IMG/VR virus record: IMGVR_UViG_3300032225_000329
Span: 342 to 64,341 of that record
Source of the DNA: a virus
Lineage: Duplodnaviria; Caudoviricetes
DNA length: 64,000 bases
Strand: one strand, 5' to 3'
In this document: in pieces, positions 16,055 to 23,357 of the stretch
How the letters are laid out: the number at the start of each line of letters is the position of its first letter
How positions within the stretch are numbered: the stretch's first letter is position 1
Notes under the pieces: model-generated
Database searches by the model: none
Seen by the model: only the letters and a program-made list of their open reading frames with translations
Told to the model about the DNA's origin: nothing
Position numbers and translations under genes: made by a program

Positions 16055-16254
16055 AAAGCGACATCGTTGATATATTAAATAACCCAGAAGAGTATTACCC
16101 CGACAACTTTAATACAGCTATGAGGGCAAATGCTTTTTTACTAGGGCTATGTCAGGAAGCGGCGGAGGAGATTCAAAGATTACGCAACACAAAACAAGCT
16201 ATACATACTGGCAGCTTACCCGCTATTAAAGTTCAGGACTTAGGGAATATATGA
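16051..16254 (+). CDS. Small hypothetical protein
   Basis: 67 aa, ATGA-coupled, AGGAG SD. Confidence 0.65.
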   Translation: MKSDIVDILNNPEEYYPDNFNTAMRANAFLLGLCQEAAEEIQRLRNTKQAIHTGSLPAIKVQDLGNI

Positions 16255-16406
16255 GACAAGCAGCCCGATCACAAGCAAACGCGCGATTAGCCAAGTCTGT
16301 GGCGGTGAGCAACATTAAATTTAAGAGGGACATGAAAGAACATTTATTAAAATACAGTAGGCTGCGCGCCGAAGAAGTTCATCAAGCACAAGGAAAAGAT
16401 AAGTGA
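16251..16406 (+). CDS. Small basic hypothetical protein (51 aa)
   Basis: Hand translated MRQAARSQANARL...GKDK; overlaps both neighbours by 4 nt. Confidence 0.5.
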   Translation: MRQAARSQANARLAKSVAVSNIKFKRDMKEHLLKYSRLRAEEVHQAQGKDK

Positions 16407-18280
16407 GTTTAATCACACTAGATTTTGAAACATACTACTCAAACGACTTTGGGTTTAGAACGCTGACGACTGAAGAATACATTCGTGGAAAAGAATTTCA
16501 GGAGATAGGTGTAGGCATCAAGATCGATGATGCACCGGCATATTGGCTTTCAGGTACACATGAAGAGTTAAAGAAACATCTGACCGAGCTTACTGATTGG
16601 ACGGACTCGGCTTTGCTATGCCACAACACTATCTTTGATGGTGCGATTCTTGGTTGGCGGTTCGGGGTGTACCCCGCCTTCTTCTTGGACACACTGTGCA
16701 TGGCACGCGCGCTCCACGGCGTTGATGCAGGAGGTTCTTTGAAGGCGTTGGCTGAACGCTATGAGATAGGTAAGAAAGGAACAGAGGTTGATGATGCCAA
16801 GGGCAAGCGACTCGAAGACTTCACGGCGGCTGACCTTAAACAGTACGGTGAGTATTGCAAGAATGATGTTGAGCTGACACACAAGTTGTTCAGTGTCATG
16901 GTGTCCGAGTTCCCCGAGGATGAGGCAAAACTTATTGATATGACGGTAAGGATGTTCATAATCCCGGGATTTGAGGTAGACGACGCATTGCTAGTACAAC
17001 GCTTAGAAGACTTGAAGAAAGAGAAGAATGATCTCCTAGCTACCCTAAAAGAAAGGTTGAAATGTGATGATGAAGAAGCTGTTAGGAAAAAGCTTGCAAG
17101 CAATAAGCAATTCGCTGAGCTTCTTAGACTTTTTGAACCCCCTGTTGAACCCCCACTCAAAATTAGTCCGGTTACAGGAAGAGAAACATTTGCTTTGGCA
17201 AAAAACGACGAAGGATTTATCGCACTGTCGGAACATGAAAATGCACTCGTTCAGCAGCTCTGCGCAGTCAGACTTGGCACTAAGTCAACTTTGGAAGAGT
17301 CTCGCATATCAAGGTTTATCGACATCGGAAAGCGAAATAGAGGATTACTACCCATCCCCCTTAAATATTACGGTGCACATACAGGCCGATGGAGCGGTAG
17401 TGACAAGGTTAATTTCCAAAACCTTCCTAGCCGAGATAAAAAGAAGAAGACACTTAAAAATGCCCTCCTCGCTCCAAGGGGAAGCGTTGTTATTAACTGT
17501 GATTCCTCCCAGATTGAGGCAAGGGTGTTGGCTTGGTTGGCCGGACAAGACGATGTGGTACGACAATTCGCTTCAGGCGAAGATGTTTATTCAATCTTTG
17601 CTTCCAAAGTCTACAACCGGACAATAACTAAGGCTGACCCTGTTGAGAGATTTGTTGGCAAGACGTGCGTGCTGGGGTTAGGGTATGGCACTGGCTGGAG
17701 AAAATTACAGCACACGCTAAAGACACAGCCCCCCGGGGCAGTTATCGACGATGAAGAATGTCAGAACATAGTAAAACTTTATCGAGATGTTAACAGCGAT
17801 ATTATTGATCTATGGAAAGACTCTGACAATATGTTAGAGGCCATGTGCAATTGGGACAGCAAGAGTAAAGAGTATTACTTGGGTCAGCACAAAGTGTTGC
17901 GGGTTAAGAAGGAAGGTATCGAGCTTCCCAATGGTCTAATGATTCGTTACCCCAATTTACGGTATGACACAGAAGGCGAGAAGTCTCAGTACAAGTACAA
18001 GTCTAGGCGTGGTGAGATAAGTATCTGGGGCGGGGCGGTGGTGGAGAACGTAGTCCAAGCGTTGGCTAGAATTGTTGTAGGTGAACAGATGTTGGCTATC
18101 AACCAGAAGTATAGGGTTGTCCTGACTGTGCATGATGCGGCGGTGATTATCGTCCCAGAGGTTGAGCGCGAGCGCGCTATGGAATTCATCATTGAGAAGA
18201 TGTCTACACCACCGGATTGGGCTAAAACTTTACCTGTTGCATGTGAAGCAAAATGGGGGCATAGTTACGGAGAATGTTAA
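16403..18280 (+). CDS. polA: Family A DNA polymerase with 3'-5' exonuclease
   Basis: Exo motifs TLDFET, HNTIFD, YCKND; HTGRWSG; motif A DSSQIEARV; motif B RFVGKTCVLGLGYG; motif C TVHDA; GTG start. Confidence 0.95.
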   Translation: MSLITLDFETYYSNDFGFRTLTTEEYIRGKEFQEIGVGIKIDDAPAYWLSGTHEELKKHLTELTDWTDSALLCHNTIFDGAILGWRFGVYPAFFLDTLCMARALHGVDAGGSLKALAERYEIGKKGTEVDDAKGKRLEDFTAADLKQYGEYCKNDVELTHKLFSVMVSEFPEDEAKLIDMTVRMFIIPGFEVDDALLVQRLEDLKKEKNDLLATLKERLKCDDEEAVRKKLASNKQFAELLRLFEPPVEPPLKISPVTGRETFALAKNDEGFIALSEHENALVQQLCAVRLGTKSTLEESRISRFIDIGKRNRGLLPIPLKYYGAHTGRWSGSDKVNFQNLPSRDKKKKTLKNALLAPRGSVVINCDSSQIEARVLAWLAGQDDVVRQFASGEDVYSIFASKVYNRTITKADPVERFVGKTCVLGLGYGTGWRKLQHTLKTQPPGAVIDDEECQNIVKLYRDVNSDIIDLWKDSDNMLEAMCNWDSKSKEYYLGQHKVLRVKKEGIELPNGLMIRYPNLRYDTEGEKSQYKYKSRRGEISIWGGAVVENVVQALARIVVGEQMLAINQKYRVVLTVHDAAVIIVPEVERERAMEFIIEKMSTPPDWAKTLPVACEAKWGHSYGEC

Positions 18281-18296
18281 CTTAAAGGTGTATTAT

Positions 18297-18953
18297 ATGA
18301 ACCCCATTAAATGGTCTTTTTCAAGTCTCAAACAGTATATTAATTGCCCAAAACAGTATCATGAAGTTAAAGTCCTTAAAAAATATGAAACGATACCAAC
18401 ACAACAAATGCGCTACGGAACAGACGTCCACAGCGCGTTGGAAAACTACGCAAGAGACGGTACAGCGTTACCCCACAATTACAAGCGGTTTGCGGGCATG
18501 GTTGACCCACTGTTGGAGATCGATGGTACAAGGTATATTGAGCATCGAATGGCGTTAAACATTGACAAGCAGCCTTGCGGTTGGGGTAAAGATTATTGGG
18601 TGCGCGGTATCGTTGACTTCATGGTGATAGAAGGAGACACAGCGTTCATCGTTGACTACAAGACAGGCAGCGACAAGTACCCTGATTTAAAACAGTTACG
18701 ACTGATGGCACTGATGACGTTCGCGCACTTCCCAGAAGTTAATAAGGTTAAGGCAGGGCTGATGTTTATCTTGCATAATAACTTTATACCGGAAGAGTAT
18801 ACGAGGGAGCAGTGTGAGTCCTTATGGAATAATTTTATGCCTGATATAGAACGCCTAACAATATCGTATGAGAACGACACATGGCAGATGAACCCTACGC
18901 CGCTATGTGGATGGTGTCCGGTCAGTACATGTGAGCATTACAGAAGCCGATGA
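18297..18953 (+). CDS. PD-(D/E)xK exonuclease, Cas4/AddB-like
   Basis: WSFSSLKQYINCPKQY, RGIVD, IVDYKTG, QL..MA, C-terminal LCGWCPVSTC. Confidence 0.88.
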   Translation: MNPIKWSFSSLKQYINCPKQYHEVKVLKKYETIPTQQMRYGTDVHSALENYARDGTALPHNYKRFAGMVDPLLEIDGTRYIEHRMALNIDKQPCGWGKDYWVRGIVDFMVIEGDTAFIVDYKTGSDKYPDLKQLRLMALMTFAHFPEVNKVKAGLMFILHNNFIPEEYTREQCESLWNNFMPDIERLTISYENDTWQMNPTPLCGWCPVSTCEHYRSR

Positions 18954-19138
18954 GTATGCTTAGATTTATGCGACCAAAAACACTTAGGGCAAGTGTGCAG
19001 CTATTACCAGAAGACGCTGTCGTTCATTATAAAAATGAGTGGACTTTTGCTCACAAGAGATGCAAAGGCGTGTGGAGAACATATAGCGATCTTATTAATA
19101 ACGACGAGATACATGGAGCGAGTGATGCAACCGCGTAA
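18950..19138 (+). CDS. Small hypothetical protein
   Basis: 62 aa, ATGA-coupled. Confidence 0.55.
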   Translation: MSMLRFMRPKTLRASVQLLPEDAVVHYKNEWTFAHKRCKGVWRTYSDLINNDEIHGASDATA

Positions 19139-19349
19139 GAATGAAAAGTATACCTACGGATGGAGTGACCCACGATCGTATACACAAACGATTAAAACTC
19201 CTACAGAACCCACGCATACAAGAACGGTGTTCTTTTCAATAGCTAACGACGGTACTCCATACACAAGTAGATTCAGACAGGCGATCATACACAACGATAA
19301 TATTCACGGAGTACCTACCGAGATAGCAAATGTCTATATTAACTATTAA
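19125..19349 (+). CDS. Small hypothetical protein
   Basis: MQPRKNEKY..., GGAG SD. Confidence 0.55.
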   Translation: MQPRKNEKYTYGWSDPRSYTQTIKTPTEPTHTRTVFFSIANDGTPYTSRFRQAIIHNDNIHGVPTEIANVYINY

Positions 19350-19515
19350 AGAGATACAAGAAGAAGCACTTAAACTTTTAAACGACGCTTTCCATGACAC
19401 TTATCTGCGTCCAAAAGGACAAAACGAAGCCGTACACTGCGCCCTCCCCCTCAGAGTCAAAAAAATTGTTGAGGAAAGTTCGGAGCAACTTACAGAAGTT
19501 GCGCAGGAAGGATAA
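19330..19515 (+). CDS. Small hypothetical protein
   Basis: 61-aa ORF in the operon. Confidence 0.55.
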   Translation: MSILTIKEIQEEALKLLNDAFHDTYLRPKGQNEAVHCALPLRVKKIVEESSEQLTEVAQEG

Positions 19516-19526
19516 AGGAGTGAGCA

Positions 19527-19679
19527 ATGAAGAAATTCATAATGCCGCAAAATTATAAATACCTAGGACACAGCATACAGCATCTGTTGGATATGTATTT
19601 AAGGAAAGAAAAAGGATTAACTAATGCACGAATACATGGAGTGAAACATGGCATACACGAAGACAGCAAGACCCTATAA
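19527..19679 (+). CDS. Possible small protein (50 aa)
   Basis: Hand translated MKKFIMPQNYKYLG...SKTL with AAGGAG SD. Confidence 0.45.
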   Translation: MKKFIMPQNYKYLGHSIQHLLDMYLRKEKGLTNARIHGVKHGIHEDSKTL

Positions 19680-19902
19680 GAAAGAGTACCAACAAGAGTT
19701 GGCTCGGGGTGAACATGATGATCGCATGGAGCGCCAGCGCGCTAGGCGAGATATGGACAAGAAAGGTATTAACCGAAAGGGTAAAGACGTAGCACACGTC
19801 AAAGCGTTATCCAAAGGTGGTAGCAATGAAGACGGAGTGCGTTTAGAATCGCCGCACAAGAATCGTAGCTTCAAACGTAAGTCCGACGGTTCAATGAAGT
19901 AA
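19648..19902 (+). CDS. Small HNH-like protein
   Basis: KGKDVAHVKALSKGGSN...ESPHKNRSF resembles a minimal HNH motif (DVAH in place of DVDH). Confidence 0.65.
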   Translation: MAYTKTARPYKKEYQQELARGEHDDRMERQRARRDMDKKGINRKGKDVAHVKALSKGGSNEDGVRLESPHKNRSFKRKSDGSMK

Positions 19903-19910
19903 AGTTTTAT

Positions 19911-19939
19911 TTGACATTATTGGTGTCATGCCGTAAGGT
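19911..19939 (+). promoter_or_regulatory. Promoter TTGACA-N17-TAAGGT
   Basis: Consensus -35 and TAnnnT -10 upstream of the helicase operon. Confidence 0.65.
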
Positions 19940-19945
19940 GTGGGT

Positions 19946-20070
19946 GGGCTGGGGTTTTACTAGATTTTCCCCCTATAAACTACATCAGTTACTTAGTATC
20001 CCCTCCTTTCAGGTTCTCGCTTTATGGGTACGGATGTAACCGACTAGCCCCCGTAAGGGGCTACAGTTAA
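19946..20070 (+). ncRNA. Candidate structured 5' leader of the helicase operon
   Basis: GGGG/CCCC, TACATC/GATGTA, GTATCC/GGGTAC helices and TAGCCCC/GGGGCTA hairpin. Confidence 0.45.
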
Positions 20071-20094
20071 TTTTAAGTTTACAGTGAGGTCAAA

Positions 20095-21672
20095 GTGCAA
20101 GACATTAAGTTTACAGTCGTAGATAACGCAGCCTTACAGTTCCGAACGTCAAACACAGATGCAGACCACATACTCGCTTACGTTGAGAAGTGTGAGATTC
20201 TAGATCGAACCAATGACGAGACAGAGCTTCTTGTTTATTGGGGTCAAGACGAGACGTCATTCATAGCTGAGTCCTTCAGCTATAACAGTTTACCCTCACC
20301 CATGCTGCGCGACTACAAGTGGCCCGGTCTGTATACACCGTTCGACCACCAGAAAACTACTGCCTCATTCCTAGCTAGTAGACGACGCGCGTTCTGTTTC
20401 AACGAAGCAGGTACAGGCAAAACATCCTCTATCGTATGGGCAGCAGACTATCTAATGAGCTTGGGGTTGGTCAAACGCGTGCTTGTGATATGTCCGTTGA
20501 CGATTATGTACTCAGCATGGCAAGCAGATATATTTAAGACCGCTATGCACAGATCGGTTGGAGTGGCATACGGTTCCGCTGACAAGCGTAAAAAGATTCT
20601 TAGAGGTGAGTATGACTTCATCATCACTAACTACGATGGCGTGGGTATATTAGCTGATGATATAAGTCGCGGTGGTTTTGATCTGATAGTTGTTGATGAG
20701 GCGAACGCCTACAAGTCTACAAGCACCGTGCGTTGGAAGATACTTGCGAAGTTAATTAAGCCTGAGACACGGCTATGGATGTTAACAGGCACACCTGCAT
20801 CACAGTCGCCCCTCGATGCGTTTGGCTTAGCGCGTTTGATCTCACCAAGCAAGGTTCCTAAGTACAGCACAGCGTGGCGTGACAAGGTGATGCAGCAGGT
20901 CACACGGTTCAAGTGGCTACCCAAGCCTACATCCAAACAGATGGTATTCGATGCGTTACAGCCCGCTATAAGATTTACCAAAGCAGAGTGTCTCGATCTG
21001 CCAGAAGTTCTTTATCAGACGCGCGAGGTACCGTTGACGCAGCAAGCCGCGAAATACTATAAAAAATTAAAGGACGACATGCTTGTAGAAGCGGCGGGAG
21101 AACAAATATCAGCAGTCAATGCTGCGGCTATGTTGAGTAAGTTGTTGCAAGTATCGGGCGGCGCGGTGTATTCCGATACGAAAGAAGTAGTTGAGTTTGA
21201 TGTGTCGCCACGACTCAAAGCGTTGGAAGAAGTAATAGACCAGACTGACCAGAAGGTAATAGTGTTTGTACCGTTCACGCATACGATTGAGTTGGTTAGT
21301 AAGTTTCTTGAGGGACTCGGAGTTAGTAGCAATATTATTAACGGCGCTGTATCTGCTGGTGAACGGCAACGCATCGTCAATAAGTTTCAAACTACACAGG
21401 AACCTAGAGTGTTAGTGATTCAACCACAGGCAGCTTCACACGGCGTAACGCTAACGGCTGCTGACACTATAGTTTTTTGGTCGCCTGTTATGAGTGTAGA
21501 AACATACCTACAATGTATAGCCCGAATAGATCGCGTGGGACAGAAGAATCGTATGACAGTAGTTCATTTGCAGGGTTCAGAAGTAGAACGGAAGATGTAC
21601 AAGATGTTGCAAAATAAAGTTGATTCACACGAGAAGCTTGTTGATTTATATAAAGAGGAAATCTATGAGTGA
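20095..21672 (+). CDS. SNF2-like superfamily 2 helicase
   Basis: FNEAGTGKT, VVDEAN, MLTGTP, HGVTLTAA, QCIARIDRVGQ; GTG start. Confidence 0.93.
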   Translation: MQDIKFTVVDNAALQFRTSNTDADHILAYVEKCEILDRTNDETELLVYWGQDETSFIAESFSYNSLPSPMLRDYKWPGLYTPFDHQKTTASFLASRRRAFCFNEAGTGKTSSIVWAADYLMSLGLVKRVLVICPLTIMYSAWQADIFKTAMHRSVGVAYGSADKRKKILRGEYDFIITNYDGVGILADDISRGGFDLIVVDEANAYKSTSTVRWKILAKLIKPETRLWMLTGTPASQSPLDAFGLARLISPSKVPKYSTAWRDKVMQQVTRFKWLPKPTSKQMVFDALQPAIRFTKAECLDLPEVLYQTREVPLTQQAAKYYKKLKDDMLVEAAGEQISAVNAAAMLSKLLQVSGGAVYSDTKEVVEFDVSPRLKALEEVIDQTDQKVIVFVPFTHTIELVSKFLEGLGVSSNIINGAVSAGERQRIVNKFQTTQEPRVLVIQPQAASHGVTLTAADTIVFWSPVMSVETYLQCIARIDRVGQKNRMTVVHLQGSEVERKMYKMLQNKVDSHEKLVDLYKEEIYE

Positions 21673-22069
21673 CATGGAAGAATTAGTTAAAACTTACTTG
21701 ACTATTCGCGGAGAGCGTGAAAAGATTGAGTCTGCTTACAAGATGCAAGACGAAGCTCTGAAGTCAGAAATGTCTTTGATAGAGCAGGAGATGTTAGCAG
21801 GGTGCAATGAGATCAAGGCAGATAGTGTTAAGACTTCTCACGGCACAGTAATAAAGAGTTTGAAAGAAAGATATACCTGTTCAGACCGCGATAACTTCAA
21901 CAAGTTTGTATTAGAAACAGGCGCTGTTGAATTGTTTGAAGCACGTCTTCATCAAGGTAATTTTAAAGAATTCATGTCCGAGCGTCATGCAGATGGTCTG
22001 CCGCCCGGTGTGAACGTGATGCGTGAATTTGGTATCACAGTGCGTAAACCTTCAGTTAAATCAAGTTAA
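21665..22069 (+). CDS. Conserved hypothetical protein of the replication module
   Basis: MSDMEELVKTYLTIR..., GAGGA SD; coiled-coil N-terminus. Confidence 0.75.
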   Translation: MSDMEELVKTYLTIRGEREKIESAYKMQDEALKSEMSLIEQEMLAGCNEIKADSVKTSHGTVIKSLKERYTCSDRDNFNKFVLETGAVELFEARLHQGNFKEFMSERHADGLPPGVNVMREFGITVRKPSVKSS

Positions 22070-22083
22070 AGGAACTACCTATT

Positions 22084-22917
22084 ATGAGTACAGAACTCGC
22101 AACCCTATTAGCCAACAACCCTTTGATGATTCAGTCCGGTGTCGATGAAGACACGGCGGCGGTTGCTGGTGGTAATGCAAATCAAACTAAGCGTCTATCT
22201 ATTAAAGGCGGTGTGTTCCGCAAGATGGTAGGCGGTAAAGAAGTAGGCAGTATTGAAGATCGCCACATGAATGTTATTTTTGTTCGTATGGCGCATAGCG
22301 CATCACGTCAATGCTATGAGGGTACGTATGAAGAAGGAAAAACCGTCTCTCCAATCTGTTGGTCAAACGACTCCGTTAAGCCTGACGATGATGTTGAACA
22401 CCCCTGTGCGCCAACATGCGACGTATGCCCAAACTCAGCCAAAGGCTCCAATGATTCTGGGGTTGGTGCGAAATGCAAGTTGTCATGGCGTACCGCTGTC
22501 GTCCTGCCACAAGACCCAAGCGGTGATGTATTGGAATTTGTTGTTCCCGCAGCTTCGACTTTCGGTAAGGAAGAAAATGGTAGATGGCCTTTCAAATCCT
22601 ACATAGGAATGCTTGCAAATAACAATGTGAGTAAAGGCCGTGTGGTAACTAAGATTCAATTCGATACCAAGGTGCAGTTCCCTAAAGTATTGTTTAGTCC
22701 AGCAGGTGCAGTTGACCCTAAAGACTATGACGCTATTACCGCACAAGGCAAAACACCCGCCGCTGAATCTGCTATTAAACTTTCTATCTACAAGAAGAAA
22801 GAAACTGCCGGTGAAGATGTGTCGGTGTCAGAGCCAACCGTTAGAGAAACTGCTAAGCGCGCTCCAGCGCAAGCAACCGACGCTTCTGAAGTAGTTAAGA
22901 AGTGGACTAAGAAATAA
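22084..22917 (+). CDS. Putative ssDNA-binding/recombination protein
   Basis: Beta-rich with a Cys cluster (CWSND, CAPTCDVC, CK) between helicase and primase; function is positional inference. Confidence 0.5.
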   Translation: MSTELATLLANNPLMIQSGVDEDTAAVAGGNANQTKRLSIKGGVFRKMVGGKEVGSIEDRHMNVIFVRMAHSASRQCYEGTYEEGKTVSPICWSNDSVKPDDDVEHPCAPTCDVCPNSAKGSNDSGVGAKCKLSWRTAVVLPQDPSGDVLEFVVPAASTFGKEENGRWPFKSYIGMLANNNVSKGRVVTKIQFDTKVQFPKVLFSPAGAVDPKDYDAITAQGKTPAAESAIKLSIYKKKETAGEDVSVSEPTVRETAKRAPAQATDASEVVKKWTKK

Positions 22918-22925
22918 GGGTAACT

Positions 22926-23243
22926 ATGCCACGGCCTTACAGCACAAAGTTTTTGAGTAGATTAGACGAAGTAGTAAATGACCACTACCGCGTTGGACTT
23001 AGGTTGGCAAAGTTTTGTGTGAAAGCAAATCTCCCAGCTAAGTACGTAGCCGCTGCATTAGAAGTTTCACGCGCTACGGTTCACAATTGGTTTCGTGGCG
23101 CTATTCTACGCGGCAAAAACGAAGACATGGCTTTGGCGTTTATCAACTTGGTAGAAAAAGATTTAGCGGACGGAGTATTGCCCGCTAAATCTATAAGAGA
23201 TGCTAAAGCCTACATAGAAGACATGATAGGCAGGTCGATTTAA
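22926..23243 (+). CDS. Cro/XRE-like HTH protein
   Basis: LPAKYVAAALEVSRATVHNWFRG. Confidence 0.8.
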   Translation: MPRPYSTKFLSRLDEVVNDHYRVGLRLAKFCVKANLPAKYVAAALEVSRATVHNWFRGAILRGKNEDMALAFINLVEKDLADGVLPAKSIRDAKAYIEDMIGRSI

Positions 23244-23244
23244 C

Positions 23245-23307
23245 GGGGAAAAGCGGATGCTGTGTAGTTCCAAAAGCTACAGATCAAACAGACGTAGCGA
23301 GTACCCC
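23245..23307 (+). ncRNA. Candidate structured RNA upstream of the primase
   Basis: Nested helices GGGG/CCCC, GC/GC, TGC/GTA, TGT/ACA and a GTAGTT/AGCTAC hairpin. Confidence 0.45.
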
Positions 23308-23319
23308 ACCCATTAACAC

Positions 23320-23346
23320 AAGGCAGGAGAAATCCTGCCTTTCTTG
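23320..23346 (+). terminator. Hairpin AAGGCAGGA-GAAA-TCCTGCCTT, terminator-like
   Basis: Perfect 9-bp stem, GNRA loop, weak T-rich tail, about 12 nt before the primase start. Confidence 0.55.
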
Positions 23347-23357
23347 TCTCTGCGGAT

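Noticed and set aside
18297-18953. Cas4-like gene as evidence of a CRISPR-Cas system
   Set aside because: No other cas genes or array are present; solo Cas4-like exonucleases are routine in phage replication modules.
19927-19942. CATGCC-GTAA-GGTGTG hairpin as part of an RNA
   Set aside because: It overlaps the spacer and -10 of the predicted promoter, so it is probably not transcribed from it.
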